64,000 nucleotides of DNA. It comes from Octopus vulgaris. Taxonomy: Eukaryota. Numbering within the stretch: the first letter of the stretch is position 1; every line of letters starts with the position of its first letter. The stretch is taken from NCBI GenBank assembly GCA_951406725.2, contig OX597823.1, positions 115,196,001-115,260,000 of the forward strand. The letters run 5' to 3'. Position numbers and translations under genes: made by a program. Below, one piece after another: positions 53,866 through 64,000 of the stretch. Below the pieces are notes generated by a model. The model did not search any database and was not told the DNA's origin. It was given only the letters and a program-made list of their open reading frames with translations.

Positions 53866-54015
53866 TATGTTTGACTTTTGATTTGTATTTGTAGAAGCTG
53901 GCTCCAAGTCTCACCCAGAGACCTCGAGAGACAACAAGTTAGAAGTTTCATGTTGGTGTTATGCCTAGGGTGTCACATATTTGCTTTTGTACAGAGTATT
54001 GTTCTAGAGAATGTT
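53866..54015 (-). mobile_element. Possible R4/Dong-like LINE 3' UTR fragment
   Basis: Minus strand ..CTCGAGGTCTCTGGGTGAGACTTGGAG.. runs into (TAA)n. The resemblance is from memory only. Confidence 0.35.
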
Positions 54016-54676
54016 AACAATCCTGCCAGCTTGCCGCCTTGGACACCTAGTTATTAATATGAAGCTAAACATTCCAAGATACTCTGGAACTGATATTCCG
54101 GACATTTAAGTGAACTGACGCTGTGTAGAGCAGAGTTTTTTCTAGTTCCAGAGGAGACTCAGCGACGGATTCGAACACGTGGTCCATGTGCAAATAGTTC
54201 AATGACTCAGCCATACCGTTCTTACTATATTTACTTTTATAACATTGTTGGACCGTTATTAAGATTTTCTTTAGTTCCTTTTGGATTCTTGTACATTTTC
54301 AGGAGATTTCTAGAGGCTTTTCAACAAAATTCCTCTCAGAGAATCTTTCTAGTTATCACTCGTGATACAAATATCTTACAGAACAAACAACATTAGAAGA
54401 TATTATAATTAGAGTCTGCGTCCAAATACTCTGTATTATAGTTTCAGTACCATCATGTTTTCATTTGACCCAATACAATTACCAATAAAGTTTATAATCT
54501 CTGTAATGCAGGACCAACTCCGACTTTCCAGACATTGATAGTCCGGGATCTCTTTTCCACACTTACGAGCTCGAACTTCAGATAACTGCGGTCACCAGAC
54601 TAGATTACTGGGCGGCTCTGTTCCACACTACCTTGTGCTGTACAGGATTAAAAACCTTGTGATATTTATGTTATCG

Positions 54677-55075
54677 AAGGTGGCGAGCTGATAGAATCGC
54701 TAGCACGCCGGGCGAAATGTTTTGCGGTATTTCGTCTGCCGTTACGTTCTGAGTTCAAATGCCGCCGAGGTCGACTTTGCCTTTCATCCTTTCGGGGTCG
54801 ATTAAATAAATATCAGTTACGCACTGGGGTCGATATAATCGACTTAATCTGTTTGTCTGTCCTTGTTTGTCCTCTCTGTGTTTAGCCCCTTGTGGGTAGT
54901 AAAGAAATAGGTATTTTACCCGTCACCACGTTCTGAGTTCAAATACCGCCGAGGTCACGTTTGCCGTTCATCATTTCGGAGACAATAAAATAAGTACCAG
55001 TTGAACACTGGGGTCGATGAAATCGACTCATCCCCTCCCACGGAATTGCTGCCCTTGTGGCAAAATTTGAAACCG
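54677..55075 (+). mobile_element. SINE family B dimer
   Basis: Full unit plus a second body unit with the alternative 3' end. Confidence 0.85.
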
Positions 55076-55117
55076 TTATTTATACTAATGTACAAGTACT
55101 TGTATTTCATTCAATTA

Positions 55118-55506
55118 CTAGCAGTATCGCCCGGCGTTGCTCGGGTTTGTTTCGACCTTTTAGAATTGGAATTTTTGAAAAGTAAAAATTTTGCATTATG
55201 TAGCTTGTTATTCTCTTTAAGTGAACATTTTTCTGGTTGAAATACACTGAAAATGGCGACACAGCAGTCAAAAATCGTACAAAATAGGGATTTTCATAGA
55301 AAAAAAGCACCTTTTTGATGTAAATAATTTTTGGTGTTAACATTGTCCGATTTGGATTTTTCTTCTACGGAAGGAAGAGCAGGCCTTCTTCTATCATACT
55401 CTTAATTTTGGTCAACTTGCGTCGCAGGGTCTCGGAGGAGATAGTGTTAGCTGAAGGCTACCAAACCTGCCATACACAGACAACTTCAGCTTTATATATA
55501 GAGAGA
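55118..55506 (-). mobile_element. Non-autonomous Helitron, copy 3
   Basis: Minus strand A|TCTCTCTATATATAAAGC ... CCCGAGCAACGCCGGG-CGATACTG-CTAG|T, with no TSD. Confidence 0.85.
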
Positions 55507-55933
55507 TTGAAGTAAATTTAATGTGTTTAATTTAGAGTGTGTTGAACACGATGATCACCCATAATACGAAGAGCGTCTGTAATTCGAAAAGTTTTGGAAG
55601 CAAAGGCTTTGGAAAATTAAATGTTGTACCTGTATACGCGTATGACTGAATGCTTATGGAATTTGTTTCGCAACAGCGAAGTCGCAGGTTCTACTCTATA
55701 GATGGTATCTGAAGAAAATGTCATTTTCGTTCGCTTCTAGTCTTTTAATACCTTATAAGTGAAATTGGGTGGACCAAAACGATCGGATGGAGGATAATTG
55801 TAATTCAAAGGTGCACCCTTGTCATAAACTGTGTTACCCTGATTCTGTTCGTGAATTACTTCAATGGTACATGTGTCTGTAGCATTTCAGGGCCACTTAT
55901 AAGTTATTTCGATAAGCAGGAAATCTAGTTGGC

Positions 55934-56165
55934 AAGGCTGTGAGCTGGCAGAAACGTTAGCGCGCCGGGCGAAATGCTTAACAGTATCTCATCTGCCGCT
56001 ACGTTCTGAGTTCAAATTCCGCCGAGACGACTTTGCCTTTCATCCTTTCGGGGTCGATGAATTAAGTACCAGTTACGCACTGGGGTCGATGTAATCGACT
56101 TAATCACTTTGTCTGTCCTTGTTTGTCCCCTCAATGTTTAGCCCCTTTGTGGGCAATAAAGAAAT
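55934..56165 (+). mobile_element. SINE family B monomer
   Basis: 17-bp TSD AGGAAA(T/C)CTAGTTGGCA. Confidence 0.9.
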
Positions 56166-56668
56166 AGGAAACCTAGTTGGCATAAAAATTCAATCCATAC
56201 TGTTGAAATCGACGGAAATCCATCCATATCTTGTGCAATATTTTATCCATATATAGATATTCGGTGCCTTGTTATAGGATATATTGCCAATTAGTAAAAC
56301 TTCCTAGAATAGTATATATTTGCTCCGGTTCTTTACGCGTTATTTCATTAGACCGGCAATTTAGCTGATCGAACTGACGGAGATCCATTCATCTATCCGT
56401 GAATACATATATATAATAAATATATATATAAAGAGAAAGATAGACAAACGGACAGAAGTTCAGTAATGGGATGTACTGTCATGTAGCAGCATCCTTATAT
56501 TTGGGGGTTGACCCTGTAATCTCCTTTTTCGTATTCCTTCTCCGAATACAAATCATAACTTTCTAAATATAGACTTTATATTTTTGATATTTGTCTGCAA
56601 ATTGTACGTTTTTTTAATTTTATTTTGTGTTTTTATAACACTACAGTTATAGATCAGTAGAACTCAGG

Positions 56669-56707
<39 letters not shown>

Positions 56708-56766
56708 CACACATATATATATATATATATGTATGTATATGTATATATATACATATATATACATGC

Positions 56767-56797
<31 letters not shown>

Positions 56798-56891
56798 TAT
56801 ATATATATATATATATATACATACATATATACATATATATATATGCATGTATATATATGAATATATACATATATATTCATATGTATGTATG

Positions 56892-56946
<55 letters not shown>

Positions 56947-56982
56947 ATACATATATATATATATATATATATACATACATAC

Positions 56983-57016
<34 letters not shown>

Positions 57017-57742
57017 GAGAGGGAGAGGGAAGAGAGAGAGAGAGAGAGGGAGAGAGTGATGTATATGTACGTATTTATTGTTGGCAACAGAGCTCTGTTA
57101 TTGAATCAACTTTTCAGCAATCTATTCTGAGGTCATTTTGTAAAGATATTCAATATTTTGGCTAAGTTTTCTTGTGACGTATCCAGACGCGAGAGCCAAA
57201 CTTCTTGCCTTGCCAAATCCCTGTTTAACTTAAACCCCATCCACTTCTTGCCTTTTAGAATGTTCTCTGATTTTTACAGTAGAAATCATCCTCTATTTTC
57301 AATCTGTCCCTTATTAATTGATTGTAAAAGTACCAGTTATGATATAGGGTCGATTAAATCGAGTTGTACACGCCATAGCTTCTGGTTTTGTGGCTTTCTG
57401 CCAGTCTTATAGACTACTTCTATCAACAACTACACGAATTATTTTAATTCTCTTAACCTACATCGTATATCAGGTAAAGGCAATCTTCTCATTGTTTACA
57501 TTAGACGTATTCGGATATGAAGCTTTGTAACAAATCAGTGCTGGCTTTAATTACTATTGAAAATCTGTAGAGATAACCTTGAAAAGGGTTCTATTATAAT
57601 TTCGAGATCTTTGTAGTTGACCAATTTTCAGCTTATCTCTGGTCGCCGGATATGGTTAAAAAGTCTATCAAAGTAGATACATTTTTCATTCTTGTCTTCA
57701 TGATATCTAGAGGGTTCACTAGATTTCTCTGTCTCTGTTGGT

Positions 57743-58204
57743 CAGTGGTTCTTAACCCGAGCATTAACAACTCTTTGTGGGCGTTCTGAGTTCCAAAGAA
57801 GACGGTAAATACCAAGTGGGTGTTCAAAAGAGTCGAGGTTTTTATTAGGAAATATTTAAATCAAGTTCTGTGTTTGTTTTAAACACGTTTAAAAAATCCT
57901 TTTTCGAGATCAAATTATTGAATAGACGAATGAGTTATCAGTGAACAACAACGTGGCCATAGTCCAATATAATTTCATTCGTTTTCTTTACTTTAGTAAT
58001 TTCCATAAAAACTTTACAGATGGGGTAGGCTGATGAAATAATATTAGAAAAAAGGATAATAATAAACTACACAAAATTAGCTTGTTTGATTAAAATTATT
58101 TCCTTTTGACCTTTCTTTTTTCTCCTAAAACATGGAGAAAGGATGTTTGCAAATCGCTATTCGATGTAAGAAGTTTCTGAGCTACAAGAGTTTGCGAACC
58201 ACTG
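57743..58204. mobile_element. hAT (Charlie-like) MITE, diverged
   Basis: CAGTGGTTC / GAACCACTG termini. 8-bp TSD CTGTTGGT/ATGTAGGT. Confidence 0.65.
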
Positions 58205-58214
58205 ATGTAGGTGG

Positions 58215-58255
<41 letters not shown>

Positions 58256-58295
58256 CTAGATTATCGTAGTTGTATCATTAACACATAGCGACTTG

Positions 58296-58727
58296 CAGCG
58301 CTGGATTAACCATTAAGCAAAATAAGCACGTACTTAGGGCATCAAGGGAAGGAGGGGGCACCACAGAAATGGTAAATGGTTTATGGCACAAAAGAAATCA
58401 CTTTAAACTTGCTAAAATAATATTCGGAATGCCTTTATCTCTACTAAGTCTAGATGCAGATATGTTACCTAAGATTAATTTTGAGGATCTGATCAAAGAC
58501 TTCGCAATTAAAAAAAAGTTAGAGGAAACTTTTCAAATATAAATAAAGTGGAAGGAGACAAAAATAAACATTAATTTCCTTTCTTACTGTTTTGTTTCGT
58601 TTTGAAGAAAAAGTTAAAAAATATTTTATGGTTTGTTATTGTTTATATTTTGAATTATATAATCTTTTATGGGGGCACCAAATTCGTTTAAGTGTTTAGG
58701 GCCTCGATGAGTCTTAATCCGGCCCTG
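58296..58727 (+). mobile_element. hAT deletion derivative
   Basis: TIR CAGCGCTGGATTAA / TTAATCCGGCCCTG and TSD GCGACTTG/GCGACTTC. Internal LLSLDADMLPKINFEDLIKDFAIKK resembles the end of the hAT dimerisation domain. Confidence 0.85.
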
Positions 58728-59035
58728 GCGACTTCGCATAATATCATTTCATATCATTTCGGTCTTCATCTAAAATGTGTATTTCTCTCTCATGCATGAG
58801 GTTATGATTTATAGGAATTGTTCCAAATAATGAATGCAATGGAGAGAAATAATAGTATTCCTAAATATATTGTTTCATCCATTTAGGTTCTGAGTTGAAA
58901 AGGGGGCCAAGGTGAACAGTTTATTGTCAGTGCTGGTATTAGAATTTCAAGGCAGCATCAGGTATTTCTGTTAGCAACAATGGTAAACGGTGGTGGAAGA
59001 GACGATTCTATATCGCAGTAGACATCAGGCTTCTT

Positions 59036-59730
59036 GGATCTTTTTTTGCTATCACAGTTTTCTATGATTTAATTTTGCTCCAATTATTTTCAAGTGTGTT
59101 ATACTGATTCAGTTTTGTATGCTAATTATGAAAATGAAATTAATTTTCGCGTACTAAATTGATAAATAAAATGTTAATAACTTTTAAAGTTTGCAAACGT
59201 TGAGTAATTTTAGTCAATCAAAAGCCACAGACGTATTGGTGCTTTGTTTCCAGTCACAAGCGAAACTGTAGTCTGCTGTCCAGACACCATCTCCACTTTT
59301 AGCCGATGTATTTCTTTGACGACGAATCAAACCTTAACCCTAAAACTAACGAAGTTTTTTGTTTTTTCTTTCTGTAATTTTTTGAAAAAGATGTCGTTGT
59401 GATTTTTTCCTTCTTTTTTTTTCATAATTATTTACATGTCTGTTCGACCGTTTCACGTGACTACTCATTAAAACTTCTTACGACTTCCGTCGTCGTAATT
59501 TTTACTTTCATTTTGTGATAGACAACTATCACGCAGAAAATGCCAGCTTCCAAATCTTTTCTGACTGAGTGAAAATATCAAACTTTAAACCTCTGTAATA
59601 TTTTTCTAAAAAATTTCTGGAATAAATGACTCACAAAATCAGATTCTGCGTGAAAAATAACATCGATGAATCTGGAATTTTACACTTAATTTTGAAATTT
59701 CAAATCCTGTGACAGCAACAGAAAAGATCT
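59036..59730. mobile_element. Old MITE-like element with GATCTTTT termini
   Basis: GATCTTTTTTTGCTATCACAG versus CTGTGACAGCAACAGAAAAGATC (imperfect inverted repeat). No clear TSD. Confidence 0.4.
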
Positions 59731-60027
59731 GAATTTTATTATTAGATCCGGTTCCAACCGGACAAATGAAATAAGCAGCAGACGATTTCACCGACTTCAC
59801 ACACAATCCCTGGTCTTAATGGATGCAGTTAAATCTATATGAGAAATAATTACTAAAACAGAGGTCGACAAAATCAACAGACGACCCAAGCAGATGTCTT
59901 GGAATGTTAACTTTCATTCATGAAGAACCGGATTTCAAATTCCGCCGGAGATCCGCTTCATTTTTCATCTATTTTGGAGCGGAATTGACAAAATAATGTA
60001 CTATGTCCATTTGCTCAAATTGTACTG

Positions 60028-60310
60028 CAAATATATGGGAAACTACCACCTGTGTCACCTCTTGTGAAAGGTAGGAGAGTCCAGTTTGCTGGACATTGTT
60101 GTAGAGCTGAAAACGCGGCAATTTCTACTCTTCTCCTCTGGAAGCCATCTGCTCGCGATACCAGAGGGCGCACACTCTCCTACCCTGATGTAATCTCCAG
60201 GGATACAGGCATCCAGCGACTGGACCTCCGTAATGCTATGATGGACCGTGAAGTCTGGCGTAACATAGTAAATTCCATTGTCTCGACCACAGTCGAACAA
60301 TGATGATGAT
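60028..60310 (+). mobile_element. RTE-like LINE 3' end
   Basis: IYGKLPPVSPLVKGRRVQFAGHCCRAE..LLLWKP..AMMDREVWRNIVNSIVSTTVEQ* followed by (TGA)n. Confidence 0.82.
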
Positions 60311-60549
60311 TGCGTGTAAGATATCTCTTCTGACTTGTTCAAAGGTGATTATCGTTAAAGAAAATAAGGAAACTGAAAAGATATTGTTGTTTTGGTGTTC
60401 CAATGTCAGATTCTGATCTGGTGTCTAAATACTAACAACACATCGTCCAAAAAGAATGGTCGGTATTTATCTGAAACCAAAAAAGTGCTGGAAACCATCA
60501 AGTTTAGCTCTGCTGGACACATCTTTTATTCCGAGTGAAGAGAGGAATG

Positions 60550-60978
60550 GGATCTTTTCGGTTTGAACGGCAGTTTTTTCTAGCGGTGTCATATGAAATT
60601 GTCACCCATAATTATGACCCTAATATCGATCTATTGCATTTCAATCTGTTTTAGGGTTAGTTAGAGTTAGGGTTAGGGGTGGAGGGAAGGGTATCTTTTT
60701 TTCTTCACAAATGTAAATAAACCCAATCTGTTTCTTAAACGAGGGACATATTCATACGGCACAGAATGTTTTTTTTACCTCAATAGATGTAACTGATTGG
60801 TTGAAATTGCAGAAATTGAAAAAAAAAACAACAAATATCTTACAAACTATAGAATTTTCTCAATAAAGCCAAGAGAAAAAGATGTTTTCTAAACACATTC
60901 TACTAGTATACAAAGTTAAAATTTTTTTTAGTTACCTAGGAATTATGTTAAAAACTGCCGTTCAAACTGAAAAGATCC
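60550..60978. mobile_element. Second copy of the GGATC-TIR, TTAGGG-containing MITE
   Basis: Near-identical to 30182-30618. TSD GAGGAATG/GAAGAATG. Confidence 0.9.
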
Positions 60979-61559
60979 GAAGAATGATGTAGTTCACCAG
61001 AAGAGTAATGAAGATAGAATGCAGGGTTCAAGTATGCTGGACCAATAATTTAGAAACAAATGGAAAGCTTAAAATTTATAATAGATCAATATTTTCGTCT
61101 CGAAAATAAAAATTGCTGTTGGAAGGAGTGAGAACAGCATGATGTTATCAAATTGAATATTTTTGCCTAAAGATGGTTGAATCTGCGAGACCGACAATTG
61201 GGCGTCGGAGGGAGTCATTTGTAAAACGATGATAGGGTTCTTGGCAGTCACTGAAGAGACTAATATTGCTACCAGTCACTTGGTTATATAGTTTTCCACT
61301 TTTGTCTGCGTGTGACATAGTGGATTTTCACCGAAGAATCCAACCCAATATAAAGTTATCAAGGCGAGTTTATTTTGTTTTTTATGGCCGTGCCACTGCT
61401 TCCAACTGTAAAGTGGTACCTCTTCAATGCGAAGCTTAGAGCAACAAATAATTTAGCACCTTTTAGCTGTAAACTATATTACACCCTGTAAAAGCTTGTT
61501 ACCTCTTTACTGCAGTGTATATATTACAGCAACAGACTCGCATAAAAAAAAATACAAAC

Positions 61560-61960
61560 AGGAATGGCTGTGTGGTAAGTAGCTTGCTTACCAACCACAT
61601 GGTTCTGGGTTCAGTCCCACTGTGTGGCACCTTGGGAAAGTGTCTTCTACAATAGCCTCGGGCCAACCAAAGCCTTGAGTGGATTTGGTAAACGGAAAAT
61701 AAAAGAAGCCCGTCGTATATATGTGTGTGTATGTGTTTATAAGTTTGTGTGTCTGTGTTTGTCCCCCCCCACTCCAACATCGCTTGACAACCGATGCCGG
61801 TGTGTTTACGTCCCGTAACTTAGCGGTTCGGCAAGAGAGACCGATAGAATAAGTACTAGGCTTACAAAGACTAAGTCCTGGAGTCGATTTGATTGACTAA
61901 AGGCGGTGCTCCAGCATGGCCACAGTCAAATGACTGAAACAAATAAAAGAGTAAAGAGTA
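61560..61960 (+). mobile_element. SINE family A, full length
   Basis: Head, core, (TG)n and tail are all present. Confidence 0.9.
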
Positions 61961-62336
61961 TGACCTTTTGGCAAATACACACACACAATTCGTATAATTG
62001 CAGCTCGCCTAATTATCGTTAAAAGCCCTACTAAAGAGATTATTAAAATCAATTTCACTCGTCAAAAATTAATCACTAATATAGAAATTCCGGCTCGCAC
62101 TTACTTCTGTATAAGGATATGGATACAGGGACCAGTAGTACTTCTTCCCTTAACATATAGTTCAATGAGATCCCAGATAATCTCATTCATTTAGAGAACG
62201 CTAAACTGCCAATTTCATAACATTGAAGTAAGAGCAACTTAACTAATTGCCACAAGTCATTTTTGCCTTATTTATTTTATCTAGCAATTTACCAGTTCTT
62301 ACATCCGGAAACAATAGTAATAATTTTATTTCTAAA

Positions 62337-62718
62337 CTAGCACTATCGCCTGGCGTTGCTCGGGTTTGTTTCGACCCTTTAGAATTGGAATTTTTGAGAA
62401 GTAAAAATTTTGCATTATGTAGCTTATTCTCTGAACATTTTTCTGGTTGAAATACACCGAAAAATGGCGACACAGCAGTCAAAAAATCGTAAAAAATAGG
62501 GGTTTTCATAGAAAAAAAAGCACCTTTTTGATGTAAATAATTTTTGGTGTTAACATGGTCCGATTTGAATTTTTTCTTCTACGGAATGAAGAGTAAGCCT
62601 TCTTCTATCATACTCTCAATTTTGGTCAACTTGCGCCGCAGGGTCTAGGAGGTGATAGTGTTAGTTGAAGGCTACTAAACCTGCCATACACAGACAACTT
62701 CAGTTTTGTATAGAGAGA
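62337..62718 (-). mobile_element. Non-autonomous Helitron, copy 4
   Basis: Same termini and body as copy 3. Confidence 0.83.
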
Positions 62719-62994
62719 TTAAACACAAATTTAGAAAATTTAAGGCGGATGAGGGTGGTTTATATCAATTACAATACTTGGTTTGTACACTGCATTGTAC
62801 TGAACTTGTAGAGTTGAGGAAAACTTGATCTCGGCGATTTGATGTCAGAACCTACAAGCTAGAATACCCCACCTCTCTCTCTCACACACACACTATGTGC
62901 AGTACATATATCACACAAACTTCATGCATATTCCCAAGCAAGAACGAAGTGACTTGACTTGATAAAATACGGTATTGATAGATAACGGTGCACT

Positions 62995-63175
62995 TTTCAA
63001 CCGGTGTTGGTTTGTTTACGTCCCTGATTTTTCAGCGTTTTTGGCAAAAAGACACCGATGGAACAAATACCAGGTTAGGTAAAAAGTATCGGGGCCGATT
63101 TGTTCGATTAAAACCCATCGAGGCGATGTTCCAGCATGGCCGCAGTCTAATGACCGAAACAAGTAAATGGTAAAA
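62995..63175 (+). mobile_element. SINE family A 3' half, diverged
   Basis: ..CCAGCATGGCCGCAGTCTAATGACCGAAACAAGTAAA tail. Confidence 0.7.
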
Positions 63176-63911
63176 GATAAGTCAACTCTCAAACTCACAT
63201 CGTAAAGGGAGGTAACTAAATACCAAGAATCATTGTTCAGCCCAATTTCTGTTAATATTTCGATGCTTCTGTTCAACCCAAATCAACACCAATCTCTAGC
63301 TGCCATTTATCTTAATGACATCAAAAGAAAGGCAAAGTTGACCCTGTCCAAATTTGAACTCAGATTAAAATAAAATGCTCAAAAGTTGTTGTTATGTTCT
63401 TCTGGCTATAACAACATGACTTTTAATAAAAACATTTTTCACAGCTGAACCATTTAGCTATGTGATAATAATTGCTACATCTTGTCAGATGATAGTTATT
63501 TCACAGATAGTGAAACATCTGCACATCATTGGATTTAGGTGACAAAAGCTTGTACAACACTTGTGATCCTCCTTTGGTCACCACAGTAGGTTCTGGTGAT
63601 TGCAAGATGCAGCACCAGTCACTGTAACGTGGTTGGTACTATTTCAACCGAAAGTTTTGTCAGAGTATCTTTCTCTTAGAAGAACTGCTTTGATGACGGC
63701 TTTATCAAAAATAACAAGAGCTTCCTCTAGCCCTGGGAAATCCATTTAACCCGTTCATGGGGCCCTGATAGGAACTACCATTCTGGATCAGAAGAGATGT
63801 AGGAGCAATGGTATTTAAGCGGGTAACTCCACCCCACCACTGGGTGCTGTTTAATGTTATACCCATATATAAGTACATACAAACACATGACAACATAAAT
63901 ATGTACATGTG

Positions 63912-63943
<32 letters not shown>

Positions 63944-64000
63944 TATTCATGCATAAATATATACACAGAAGTGTTAAGAAAACAAACACAGCACATTTTA

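Overview
Repeat-saturated, AT-rich eukaryotic non-coding DNA. The repeat and microsatellite repertoire suggests a cephalopod (Octopus-like) genome, which is an inference and not checked against a database. No intact host protein-coding gene is supported, and nearly all ORFs in the track are microsatellite or SINE artefacts. The window contains a 5.7-kb array of a 23-bp satellite splitting a decayed hAT-type transposase and three tRNA-headed SINE families with many copies. It also has four non-autonomous Helitrons, several MITEs (hAT-like, and a GGATC-ended 8-bp-TSD family carrying TTAGGG repeats), a DD37D maT/mariner fossil, and 3' fragments of CR1-, RTE- and possibly R4/Dong-like LINEs. The most notable items are: (1) a near full-length U2 snRNA fused to a retroposon 3' tail and inserted in a MITE arm; (2) ~200-bp microsatellite-flanked elements carrying minimal type I hammerhead ribozyme motifs, one subfamily with a consistent non-canonical CUGU-N-GA core; (3) a 3' tail stem-loop that covaries across three different retroposed sequences. 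All coordinates were read by eye and may be off by a few bases.
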